In this document: in pieces, positions 20,277 to 31,066 of the stretch | Layout of the letters: each line of letters begins with the position of its first letter | How positions within the stretch are numbered: the first letter of the stretch is position 1 | Source of the DNA: an uncultured Trueperaceae bacterium | GTDB taxonomy: Bacteria; Deinococcota; Deinococci; Deinococcales; Trueperaceae | DNA: 64,000 bases | Assembly (NCBI GenBank): GCA_963727505.1 | Contig: CAVSGP010000004.1 | Coordinates: 384,001-448,000, forward strand | Direction of reading: 5' to 3' | Translations under genes and position numbers: made by a program | The notes under the pieces: model-generated | Seen by the model: only the letters and a program-made list of their open reading frames with translations | Told to the model about the DNA's origin: nothing | Database searches by the model: none

Positions 20277-20981
20277 ATGTTGGAGAAGTTGAGCGAAGTC
20301 CAGGGGTTCGACCTGCAGCTCGACGCCCTCCGGGAAGAGCGGGCGCAGACGCCGCCCGAGCTCCTGGAGACGCGCGAGAAGCGGCGCGACCTGGTGCGCC
20401 GCCTGGAGCGGAAGCAGCAGGAGCGCGACGATCTGCGCAAGCGGGTCGCGAGCACCGAGCTCGAGCTCAAGACCCTGCAGCAGAGGCGCAAGGATGCCTC
20501 CGAATCTTCCCTTCGCGCCAGCAGCGCCAAGGAAGCGTCGCAGTACCAGAACCAGGAGCTGCAGTTCGCTACGCGCGTGCAGGAGCTGGAGGAGGACGCG
20601 CTCCCGTTGATGGAGAGCCTCGAGACCTTGGAGCAGGAGGTGGACGGGCTCCAGGCCGAACTCGACGAGCTCCAGCCCACGCTCGACGCCATGGTCGCCG
20701 ACGAGGATGCCCGCGTCGCGGCGGTCGACGAGAAGACCGCGGACCTCAAGACGCAGCGCGACGTGCTGGCGGGCACGCTCGATCGGAGCCTGTTGAAACA
20801 GTACGAGCAGGTGCGCCGGGCGCGCCGCGGGCTGGGCCTGGTGGAGATCGTGGACAACCAGCGCTGCGGGGGCTGCAGCGTGCGTCTGCCGATCCACGTC
20901 ATCCAGAAGGCCCGCCGCGGCCGGGGCGTGGTGCGCTGCCCGAGTTGCGGGCGCATCCTGTGGCCGAAGGCCGACGGCTAG
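20277..20981 (+). CDS. Coiled-coil protein with C-terminal C4 zinc ribbon (DUF164/COG1579-like)
   Basis: Long heptad coiled coil, then RCGGC..CPSCGRIL; GGAGG RBS at 20268-72. Confidence 0.88.
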   Translation: MLEKLSEVQGFDLQLDALREERAQTPPELLETREKRRDLVRRLERKQQERDDLRKRVASTELELKTLQQRRKDASESSLRASSAKEASQYQNQELQFATRVQELEEDALPLMESLETLEQEVDGLQAELDELQPTLDAMVADEDARVAAVDEKTADLKTQRDVLAGTLDRSLLKQYEQVRRARRGLGLVEIVDNQRCGGCSVRLPIHVIQKARRGRGVVRCPSCGRILWPKADG

Positions 20982-21017
20982 ACCGACCCCAACGAGCCTT
21001 CGAACGCCACCACGGTC

Positions 21018-21047
21018 ACGGCCGGCGCCCCGAGGGGCGCCGGCCGT
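21018..21047. terminator. 14-bp inverted repeat between convergent genes
   Basis: ACGGCCGGCGCCCC-GA-GGGGCGCCGGCCGT. Confidence 0.65.
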
Positions 21048-21120
21048 CGTCTTGCGTGCTCTCGGTTCCGCCAGGTCCTGGGCCCGTCCCGGCGCGGCCT
21101 GTCCTGGCGGGCCGGAACGG

Positions 21121-22116
21121 TCAGTGCAACAGGGTCATGGGGTCGACGGCACGACCGTGCACGTGCACCTCGAAGTGGACGTGCGGTCCGGTCGAGATGC
21201 CCGTCGACCCTTCGCGACCGATGATCGCGCCCTGGTCGACGTACTCGCCCACGCGCACCAGGATCTTGCTGAAGTGCCCGTACCACGTCTCGTCGCCGTC
21301 CGGATGCCGGATCCTCACCAGATTTCCGTACCCCTCGGTCGACCAGCCCGCGAACACCACCACGCCCGAACGTGAGGCGTGGACCGGCGTTCCCCACGGC
21401 GCCGCGATGTCGATACCGCGGTGGAAGTTGGAGGTACCCATGCCGAGGTGCCGGGGCCCGTAGGGGGAGGTGATGCGCCCCTGGATCGGCCAGATGAAGC
21501 GGTGCTCGGCCTCGCGCACCTTCTTGAGTCGGGCGAGCGCCTGGGTCGGCTGGACGCCCGGAAGGAACAGCATCATGCCCGGCTGAACGTCGAACGGCGA
21601 ACGCAGGTGGTTGGCCCGGGCAACGGTGGCGGGATCGACGTGGTACTCCGCCAGCACGTCAGCCAGCGACGTTCCGGCCTCGAGCGTGACCACCAGCCCC
21701 TCGCGCGGCGGGATGAGGAGGTCTACGCCGGCCGGCAGGCTGTCGAGTGACGAGATGGTGGGATTGGCGCCGACGAGCGCCTCCAGGCTGAGCCCGTATG
21801 CGGTCGCCACCGACGACAACGTCTCCCCCGGCCTCAGCGTGTGCCAGCTGAAGCCGGGCGGGGTGCGGGGGCCGGCTTCGACCGGTCCGCCGATCGCCTC
21901 GACGTAAGGGATCTTGAGGGCTTCGCCCGGTCGGATGACCGACCCGTTGAGGTCGTTGGCCGCCATCAGGGCGTCCACCGAGATGCGGTAGTCCGATGCG
22001 ATCGACCCCAGGGACTCGCCCGGTCGAACGGTGTGCAGCGCGTAACCGTCGGCAACGGCAACAGGCGCCAGCAGGAAGAGAGCCATAGTGGCCCATGCAA
22101 CGATTCGGTGCTGCAA
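21121..22116 (-). CDS. LysM-repeat M23 metallopeptidase (cell-wall hydrolase)
   Basis: Signal peptide, three LysM-like repeats, HRGID, YGH, STGPHVHFE; TTG start after GAGGGG. Confidence 0.9.
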   Translation of the reverse strand: MQHRIVAWATMALFLLAPVAVADGYALHTVRPGESLGSIASDYRISVDALMAANDLNGSVIRPGEALKIPYVEAIGGPVEAGPRTPPGFSWHTLRPGETLSSVATAYGLSLEALVGANPTISSLDSLPAGVDLLIPPREGLVVTLEAGTSLADVLAEYHVDPATVARANHLRSPFDVQPGMMLFLPGVQPTQALARLKKVREAEHRFIWPIQGRITSPYGPRHLGMGTSNFHRGIDIAAPWGTPVHASRSGVVVFAGWSTEGYGNLVRIRHPDGDETWYGHFSKILVRVGEYVDQGAIIGREGSTGISTGPHVHFEVHVHGRAVDPMTLLH

Positions 22117-22352
22117 CGGTCGTTCCCCTCGTTGGAACTCGCTGGAGATCCAGCTCTGAAGCAATGTACCAGCCTGGGGTTTAGAGAGTGATGAGATGCT
22201 TCATGTTCATGAACCATGCCCGCTGACCGCCCACGGCCAGGTAAGAACGTTCAGTACAACGCAAAGCCTCGGTCGGGGGCCGACGCGAGCGACCGCCGTC
22301 GCTGTGACGCCCGTCACGTTCCGGCCTTCCATCGGCTCGCCGGCCGCCCGGC

Positions 22353-22766
22353 TCACACCTCTGCCGCGCGCCGCTTGGGGACCTCCCGGCGCAGGTACTC
22401 GACCACGGCGTGCGTGTTGGCGCCGGGCGTGAAGATGGCGCCCACGCCCAGGGCTTCCAATGCGGCCCGGTCCTGGTCCGGCACGATGCCGCCGCCGAAC
22501 ACAAGGATGTCCTCGCCGCCGCGCGCGGTCAGGCCCTCCACGACCTCGTTGAAGTAGTGCATGTGGGCGCCGGACAGAACGCTCAGTCCAACTGCATCCA
22601 CATCCTCCTGGATGGCGGCGTTGACGATCATCGGGCCGGTCTGTCGCAACCCCGTGTAGATGACCTCCATGCCTGCGTCGCGCAGGGCGCGGGCGATGAC
22701 CTTGGCTCCGCGGTCGTGGCCGTCCAGGCCGGGTTTCGCGATCAGTACGCGGATGGGTCGTTCCAT
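22353..22766 (-). CDS. Cobalamin-binding small subunit of acyl-CoA mutase (IcmB-like)
   Basis: [10 protein letters not shown] (DxHxxG), SVLSGAH, GGGIVP. Confidence 0.93.
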   Translation of the reverse strand: MERPIRVLIAKPGLDGHDRGAKVIARALRDAGMEVIYTGLRQTGPMIVNAAIQEDVDAVGLSVLSGAHMHYFNEVVEGLTARGGEDILVFGGGIVPDQDRAALEALGVGAIFTPGANTHAVVEYLRREVPKRRAAEV

Positions 22767-22809
22767 GCACACTCCTCGGGCCTTCGCCCCACGGATCCGC
22801 CCAGGCGGA

Positions 22810-24456
<1,647 letters not shown>

Positions 24457-24523
24457 GCGGGCATTATAGGTCCGGGTGGACGTGCGGCCCTGTTTGTACG
24501 GCCCCGAGGGCGCCTCTGCACTC

Positions 24524-25570
24524 TCACGCCGACGCACTCTCGACCGGGTCGAGGCGGCCGCGCGCATCGCCCACGGCGATGGAGGCATCGGACGGCAGGT
24601 CGCGACGGAGCACGGCCAGACCCCACCAGCTTCCGTCCGGAGCGCGCGCCACGCTGCCGAGCCGGCCCACGTCGCGGTCGTCGACGCGCAGACCGCGGTC
24701 CTCGCGCTCGGCCAGCGAGGCCAGCACCGCGCCGGGACCCTCGAGCCGGAGGCGGGCGAGCCCCTTGCGCACGGCGCCGCGTCCCTCGATGCGCGCCATG
24801 ATCTCCTGCCCCAGGTAGCACCCCTTGTGGTACGAGAGCGCGTCCTCCAGGCCGATCTCCTGCGGGAGCGACCCGGAGCCCCCCTCTCGGATCACGCTCG
24901 GGACGCCCCCCAGCACGCGCCCAAGCGTCAGCGCGGGGACGCCTGCCAGGCGCGCGCCGGCCCCGCGCAGCGCGCCGACCACCTCGGGAAGCTGACGCGT
25001 TAGCAGGTGGACGTCGAACCCGCCGGCCCGCGAACGCTTCCGCGCCACGGCCAGCACCTCGGCGTCCCCAACGGCGTAGCGGGCGAACGTTCCAACATCC
25101 GGCGGCGTCCCGAGGGCGCGGGCGAGCACTTCGGCAGCGCCGTTTCCCTGCAGGGTGATCGCGGCGAGTTCAGCGCCGAGATCGTGGATGGTGACGTCGT
25201 CGAACACCACGTGCCCCTCGAGCGACGCGCGCACGGCCTCGCCGCGCCCGTCGTCGACGGCCAGGAAGAGATCGTTCTCGCGGACGCAGAGCACCCCTTC
25301 GCCGACCACCTGGCCGCGCACGTTGAGCTGCAGCGTATGGTTGCATGCACCCGGCGCCAAACCCTCGACGCGGTTGCTGAGCTGACCGTGGAGGAAACCT
25401 GCGCGATCGCCGCCCGTGATCTGCAGCGACGTTAGCGAGAGCAGCGGCACGAGAAGCGCACCGTCGCCCGTGGCGGCGGCAGCGGCCTCGTCCTGGGGAG
25501 CGCCGAAGTGCGCAACGTCCTCGCCTTCGAATGCGGCCCCGAGGTCGCGGTAGAACGCTAGCGGGTCCAT
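24524..25570 (-). CDS. ygfZ: Folate-binding YgfZ/GcvT-family protein
   Basis: KGCYLGQE signature; [11 protein letters not shown]. Confidence 0.88.
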   Translation of the reverse strand: MDPLAFYRDLGAAFEGEDVAHFGAPQDEAAAAATGDGALLVPLLSLTSLQITGGDRAGFLHGQLSNRVEGLAPGACNHTLQLNVRGQVVGEGVLCVRENDLFLAVDDGRGEAVRASLEGHVVFDDVTIHDLGAELAAITLQGNGAAEVLARALGTPPDVGTFARYAVGDAEVLAVARKRSRAGGFDVHLLTRQLPEVVGALRGAGARLAGVPALTLGRVLGGVPSVIREGGSGSLPQEIGLEDALSYHKGCYLGQEIMARIEGRGAVRKGLARLRLEGPGAVLASLAEREDRGLRVDDRDVGRLGSVARAPDGSWWGLAVLRRDLPSDASIAVGDARGRLDPVESASA

Positions 25571-25644
25571 GCCCGCGATTATGCCAGAGCGAAGCCGCTG
25601 CCCGCGCCGCGTGGCCGACGGCACCGCACGCCGGGGTCGCGCCC

Positions 25645-26283
25645 TCAGGGGGTCGCCGGAAGGTCGACCAGAGCGAAGTCGTAGGCGTTCACCACGCGCA
25701 CGCCCTCCTCGGTCACGTACTCGCGGGGCGCATTGGCGCCCGAAAGGTGGACGTGCCCGTGGACGTGCAGCCGCGGTCGCCAGGCCCGCTGGAAGCGGTT
25801 GAAGGCCCCCACGCCGCGGTGCGGGTAGTCCTCTCCCGCATGCGGACCCTTCGGCGGGGCGTGGGTGAGCAGCACGTCGACGGCCCTACCGGTGCGCCAG
25901 CGGTTGTACAGCAGCCGCGGCCCCAGGCGCGCCGTGAACAAGCGCATCTCGAGCTCGGAGTACTGCTGGGGTCCGGGCCGGTAGCGCAGGCAGCCCTCGA
26001 TGCCTGCGACCAGCAACCCTCCGACCTCCACCACGCGGCCGTGCGCGTTCAGGCATCCGCCCGGGAGGCGGGCCACACTCCCGTCGGCCGGGCGCACGTA
26101 GCCATTGCCGTGGTTGCCCAGCACGTAGATCGGCTGCACCCTCGTCTTCGTCGCCACGAACTCGAGCAAATAGCCAGGCAGGTCGCCGGCGGCGAGCACC
26201 GCGTCGAACGGCGGCAGGTTGTCAGGGAAGTTGCGCGAGTAGATGATGGGCGACACCACGTCCGACAGGACCAGGATCTTCAC
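25645..26283 (-). CDS. Metallophosphoesterase family protein
   Basis: LSD, AGDL, GNH, THAPP, HGHVH. Confidence 0.85.
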   Translation of the reverse strand: MKILVLSDVVSPIIYSRNFPDNLPPFDAVLAAGDLPGYLLEFVATKTRVQPIYVLGNHGNGYVRPADGSVARLPGGCLNAHGRVVEVGGLLVAGIEGCLRYRPGPQQYSELEMRLFTARLGPRLLYNRWRTGRAVDVLLTHAPPKGPHAGEDYPHRGVGAFNRFQRAWRPRLHVHGHVHLSGANAPREYVTEEGVRVVNAYDFALVDLPATP

Positions 26284-26382
26284 GCGCCCGTCGCCCCCGG
26301 CGCGGGAGCGCCTCGGCGTACGGCGCACGCGATCACGCACGCGCGGCGGGCAGCCCCGCGCACGGCGCGAGGCGCTCGGCGC

Positions 26383-27475
26383 TCAGCCCGTAGCACGGCT
26401 CTGAGCCGCCCACTCCAGACCGGACCAGATCAGGTCGTCGATGTCGCCGTCGAGCACGTGGTCGGGGTCGTGGCGCATGGCGGCCGAACGATGATCCTTG
26501 ACGTACTGCTTGTCCAGCACGTAGCTGCGGATCTGCGAGCCCCACTCGATCGCCTTCTGCTCGCCGCGCGCCTTCGTCTGCTCCTCGCGGCGACGGCGCT
26601 CCTCGCGCTCGAAGAGCCGGCTACGGAGGACCGTCATCGCCTTCTCGCGGTTCTTGATCTGCGACTTGCCGTCCTGGCAGGTCACCACGATCTCTTCGGG
26701 GGTGCCGCTGCGGTACACCACCCGCACCGCGGAATCGGTGGTGTTCACCGACTGCCCGCCGGGGCCGCTCGAGCGGTAGACGTCGACCCGCACGTCCTTG
26801 GGATCGATGTCGATCTGGATGGCCTCGTCGATCTCGGGCATCACCTCGACCGAAGCGAAGCTGGTGTGGCGACGGTTCTGGGCGTCGAACGGGCTGACGC
26901 GCACCAGCCGGTGCACGCCGCTCTCGACCGTGAGCAGCCCGAAGGCGCGTTCGCCGCGCACGATCATCTGCGCATAGTCGATGCCGCTGGGCGCGTCGCT
27001 GTTGCCGACCAGGTCGAGGAGCTCGACCTTGAAGCCGTGCCGCTCGGCGAAACGCCGGTACATGCGGAGCAGCATCCCCGCCCAGTCGGAGGACTCGGTG
27101 CCGCCGGCCCCGGGCTTGACCGTGACGATGGCCGCGGCATCGTCGTGATCCCCGACGAACAGCGCCTCGCGGTAGAGCGTCTCGAGATCCCGCTCGACAC
27201 GCACGCGCTCGCCCTCGAGCTCAGCGACATCCTCGTCGCTGGCGCCCTCCAGCAGCTCCGCCAACCCGTCGACGTCTCCTTCGAGAGATGCGAACGCGTC
27301 GACCACGCGCTTCAGGCGCGTCGCCTCCTGCGTGACCACGCGCGCGCGGTCCGGGTCGTTCCACAGATTGGGGTCGTTCAACTCGGGGTCGAGCTCGCTC
27401 AGCCGGGAGGCCTTCCCAGCCAAGTCAAAGATACCCCCGTAGGGCGTCGAGTCGGGTCTTCAGTTCGTTCATCAT
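26383..27475 (-). CDS. prfB: Peptide chain release factor 2 with programmed +1 frameshift
   Basis: MMNELKTRLDALRGYL, then CTT-TGA-C at 27430-27424, then DLAGK...; SPF and GGQ motifs. Confidence 0.96.
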
Positions 27476-27753
27476 CGCCTCCAGCCACGCAGTGTACCCC
27501 ACGCGCGCCCTCACCCCGCCGGCGCTCCACCCGACCGATCCGACGCCGGCCCCCCGTTCCGTCGCCGACGCGAGCCCATCGGTCACGTCAGGCACGGCGA
27601 ACGCACCCGTCTGTGGTATCGTCGCCGTAACGAACGGGTTTCCTGTGCACTCGCACGCGCGAGCGACCGGGTCACGCTCACCACACGCTTCCGCGGCGGC
27701 CGTCTTCGCCCGCGAAGGCCGCTAGCGTACCGAACGAGGGTGGAGGCTAGGGT

Positions 27754-28494
27754 TTGGCTGCACTTAGCGGCTTCCGCGTCCAGGACGTCGTAGACATCCT
27801 CATCATCGCGGTTCTGTTGTATCAGGCATATGTCCTGCTCATCGGTTCCCGCGCCTGGAACGTTCTGAGGGGCCTGCTGGCGTTGGGTGCGCTGTGGTTT
27901 CTGGCCGCACAACTCAAACTCGAGGCTACCAAGTGGCTGTTCGACCGCGTGGCCCCCGTCGGCTTCATCGCTATCGTGGTGGTCTTCCAGCCCGAGCTGC
28001 GGGCCGCGCTGGAACGAGTCGGGCGCGGTCGGCTGACGCGTACCAGCCACGGCGGTCCGGTCCAGGAGATCATGAGCGCCGTGCGTGAGCTCGCCACCCA
28101 GCGCCGCGGCGCCCTCATCGCGGTGGAGCGCCGGACTCCGCTGCGCGAGTACGGCGAATCCGGGACCTCCGTCGGCGCGCCGGTCAGCAGCGCACTGCTG
28201 CAGACCATCTTCGCGTCCAAGGGTCCGCTGCACGACGGCGGCGTGATCGTCCACGAGGACACGGTCACCCACGCCGGCGCCATCTTCCCCCTCTCCGACC
28301 GACACGAGGGCTGGTCCGTCAAGCACGGCACCCGGCACCGGGCGGCGCTCGGACTGTCCGAGGTCACCGACGCGCTGGTCGTCGTCGTCAGCGAGGAACG
28401 CGGAACCGTCAGCATCGCCCGCGGCGGTGAGCTGGTGAGCGACATCGCGCCCGCCGACGTCCTCAAGGCCCTGCGCGAGGTCTACGCGGAATGA
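27754..28494 (+). CDS. cdaA: Diadenylate cyclase
   Basis: Three TM helices, FQPELR, HDGG, GTRHRAA. Confidence 0.92.
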   Translation: MAALSGFRVQDVVDILIIAVLLYQAYVLLIGSRAWNVLRGLLALGALWFLAAQLKLEATKWLFDRVAPVGFIAIVVVFQPELRAALERVGRGRLTRTSHGGPVQEIMSAVRELATQRRGALIAVERRTPLREYGESGTSVGAPVSSALLQTIFASKGPLHDGGVIVHEDTVTHAGAIFPLSDRHEGWSVKHGTRHRAALGLSEVTDALVVVVSEERGTVSIARGGELVSDIAPADVLKALREVYAE

Positions 28495-29411
28495 TCGTCC
28501 TCAAGCGCATCTTCGGTCTGGCGACCCACAACTGGCCGCAGAAGCTGGGCGCCCTGCTGCTGGCCTTCGTGATGTGGCTGTTCGTCACCACGAGTTCCGT
28601 CACGACGACCCAGCGCAGCCTGCTGGTCCCGCTCACCGTCGAAGGCGTCAACCAGAGCCAGGTCGCGGTCGGGGTCCCGAAGGTCGTGGAGGTCAACGTG
28701 TCGGGCCCCAGCAGCCGCGTCGACCGCCTCAGCCCGGACAGCATCACGGTCACCCTGGACCTCAGCGGGCTCAGCGGCGAGTTCCAGCAACAGATCAACG
28801 CCCAGCCCCCGCGCGGCATCCAGCTGGTGAACGTCTCCCCCAGTGACGTCATCGGCTTCCTCGAGACCGTCGGCAACCGCGACATGGCGCTCACGGTGGC
28901 GCTCGGCGGCAGCCCCCCGGGCAACCAGCTGCTGTCGGTCGTCTCCGATCCCGCCACGGTGACCCTCACAGGGCAGGAACAGCTCCTTCAGAAGGTCGCC
29001 CGCGTCGAGGTCGTGGCGCCCGCCAAGGAAGGTAGCTTCCAGGAGCATCCGTTCGTCGTCGACGATGCCGGGGTGCCCATCAACAACGTGAAGATCGCGC
29101 CCTCGACGGTCACGATCCAGGTGAGCGCGCGCACCGCCATGGTCACCAAGAGCGTGCCCATCGATCTTGCCCAACCCAGTGCGCCCAACCTTCAAGAGGC
29201 GACGCTCAGCCAGCCCGACATCACGCTGACGGGGCCCCCCGACGTGCTCGCGGGCATCGATAGCGTCAAGGGGACGGTACAGCCGCCGACGGGAAACGTG
29301 GACGCCGGCCGGTATACTCTGCCTGTCCGGCTCGAGCTTCCGGCGGGTGTGGCGGCGTTGTCGACCCCCACCGCGGTGTTGAGGTATGCGCCCCCGCCCA
29401 GTAGCCCCTAG
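28491..29411 (+). CDS. cdaR: CdaR/YbbR-repeat regulator of diadenylate cyclase
   Basis: NW..K...L..A..MW TM anchor and YbbR-like repeats; ATGA overlap with cdaA. Confidence 0.85.
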   Translation: MIVLKRIFGLATHNWPQKLGALLLAFVMWLFVTTSSVTTTQRSLLVPLTVEGVNQSQVAVGVPKVVEVNVSGPSSRVDRLSPDSITVTLDLSGLSGEFQQQINAQPPRGIQLVNVSPSDVIGFLETVGNRDMALTVALGGSPPGNQLLSVVSDPATVTLTGQEQLLQKVARVEVVAPAKEGSFQEHPFVVDDAGVPINNVKIAPSTVTIQVSARTAMVTKSVPIDLAQPSAPNLQEATLSQPDITLTGPPDVLAGIDSVKGTVQPPTGNVDAGRYTLPVRLELPAGVAALSTPTAVLRYAPPPSSP

Positions 29412-29438
29412 CTCGAACCCCCTGGAGGACCTGCAGAC

Positions 29439-30104
29439 GTGATCCACCCGATCCGCTACTTCGGCGACCCCGTGTTGCGCCGCCGCGCGCTCCCCGTGAC
29501 GCGCTTCGACGAGGCGCTGGCACGGCTCGCCGACGACATGATCGAAACCATGTACGACGCCGCCGGCGTCGGCCTTGCGGCCCCGCAGATCGGGGTCCCC
29601 AAGCGCCTGTTCGTGGCGCTGGAGCTCGAGCCCGAGGCCGAGGAGGACGAGGTCGGCCAGGAGCTCGTCAGCGCCGACGACGAGGCGCCCATCCCCGAGG
29701 ACGAAACACCCGAGCAGATGCGCCGCCGCCTCGGCGTGGTCGCCGAGCACGTCATGGTCAATCCCTCCTTCCTCGTGCGCGAGGACGTGCAGTACGGCCA
29801 GGACGGCTGCCTCAGCGTGCCCGGCGTGTACGTCGATGCGCTGAAGCGCGACCTGCGGGTGCGTGTGCGTTACCAGGACGTCCGCGGCGCCTGGCATGAG
29901 ACCGACGCCCAGGGACACTTCGGGCACGTCCTCCAGCACGAGTACGACCACCTCGAAGGGGTGCTGTTCTTCGACCGGCTCCCTGACGGCGAGCGCCAGA
30001 CCTTCCTGGAGGAGCACCGCGGCGCGCTCGCCGACATCCAGCGCCAGGCCAAGGCGCTGCTCAAGGAGTTGCGCGCGTCCCCGATCCCGGTGTCGGTACA
30101 GTGA
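29439..30104 (+). CDS. def: Peptide deformylase
   Basis: GVGLAAPQIG, DGCLS, QHEYDHLEG. Confidence 0.93.
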   Translation: MIHPIRYFGDPVLRRRALPVTRFDEALARLADDMIETMYDAAGVGLAAPQIGVPKRLFVALELEPEAEEDEVGQELVSADDEAPIPEDETPEQMRRRLGVVAEHVMVNPSFLVREDVQYGQDGCLSVPGVYVDALKRDLRVRVRYQDVRGAWHETDAQGHFGHVLQHEYDHLEGVLFFDRLPDGERQTFLEEHRGALADIQRQAKALLKELRASPIPVSVQ

Positions 30105-31066
30105 AGGGCAGCCCCTCCTCGCCCGGGCTCCGCGTCGCGCTGTTCGGGTCGCCCGCCTTCGCGCTGCCGTCGCTCGATGCGCTCGCCGAACGCCATCAGC
30201 TCGCTCTCGTGGTGGCGCAGCCGGACAAGCGCGCCGGCCGAGGGATGCGCCGCTCGTCCCCGCCGACGGTGGAGCGCGCCCGCGCGCTGGGCGTGCCCGT
30301 GCTGCAGCCGGCGCGCCTCAAGGGCAACGAAGAGGTGGCCGAGCGCCTGCGCGGGCTCGATGTCGCAGTCACCGCCGCCTACGGCAAGATCCTGCCGGCC
30401 GGCCTGCTAAGCATCCCCCGCCACGGCTTCCTGAACGTGCACGCCAGCCTGCTCCCCGCCTACCGCGGCGCCGCTCCGGTGCAATGGGCACTCATCCGCG
30501 GCGAGGGCGAGACCGGCATCACCATCATGCAGACCGAGGCCGGCCTCGACACGGGCCCGATCCGCCTGCAGCGACGCCAGCCCATCGCGGCCGACGCGAC
30601 CGCCCCGGAGCTGCTCGCGGCGCTGGCCGACCTCGGGGCACAGGCCCTGCTCGAGGCGCTCGAGCTGCTGGCGGACGGTCGGCTGCCGTGCGAGGCACAG
30701 GACGACGCACAGGCCAGCTACGCCCCGATGCTGACGAAGGAGGACGGACGGATCCGCTGGGACGATCCTTCGGACGCCGTCTACGCCCGTCACCGGGGCG
30801 TGGCCGGCTGGCCGGGGAGTACCTTCGTGCTGGACGGTGAAGCGGTGAAGGTGCCGGCCCTGCGGCCCGCAGCGCGAGGCACGCTCGATGCCCCCGGCTC
30901 TACGCCTCCCGGCACGGTGCTGGCGATCGAGGAGGGCGTGGTGCGCGTCGCCTGCGGTGCCGGAGCGATCGAGCTCGAGCAGGCGCAGAGCGCCGGCCGA
31001 CGGGCCCTGCCGGCACGCGACTGGGCCAACGGCCGCAGGGTGCGGCCGGGGGTGTGCCTTGGCTAG
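30101..31066 (+). CDS. fmt: Methionyl-tRNA formyltransferase
   Basis: QPDK..GRG, AYGKIL, NVHASLLP..RGAAP, LDTGP. Confidence 0.95.
   Translation: MKGSPSSPGLRVALFGSPAFALPSLDALAERHQLALVVAQPDKRAGRGMRRSSPPTVERARALGVPVLQPARLKGNEEVAERLRGLDVAVTAAYGKILPAGLLSIPRHGFLNVHASLLPAYRGAAPVQWALIRGEGETGITIMQTEAGLDTGPIRLQRRQPIAADATAPELLAALADLGAQALLEALELLADGRLPCEAQDDAQASYAPMLTKEDGRIRWDDPSDAVYARHRGVAGWPGSTFVLDGEAVKVPALRPAARGTLDAPGSTPPGTVLAIEEGVVRVACGAGAIELEQAQSAGRRALPARDWANGRRVRPGVCLG

Noticed and set aside
22117..22350. c-di-AMP (ydaO) riboswitch upstream of the M23 hydrolase or cdaA
   Set aside because: The context is plausible, but I could not see the conserved ydaO sequence blocks; needs Infernal.
24457..24523. 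Cobalamin riboswitch upstream of the mutase or adenosyltransferase
   Set aside because: Both genes appear leaderless and the intergenic gaps are too short.
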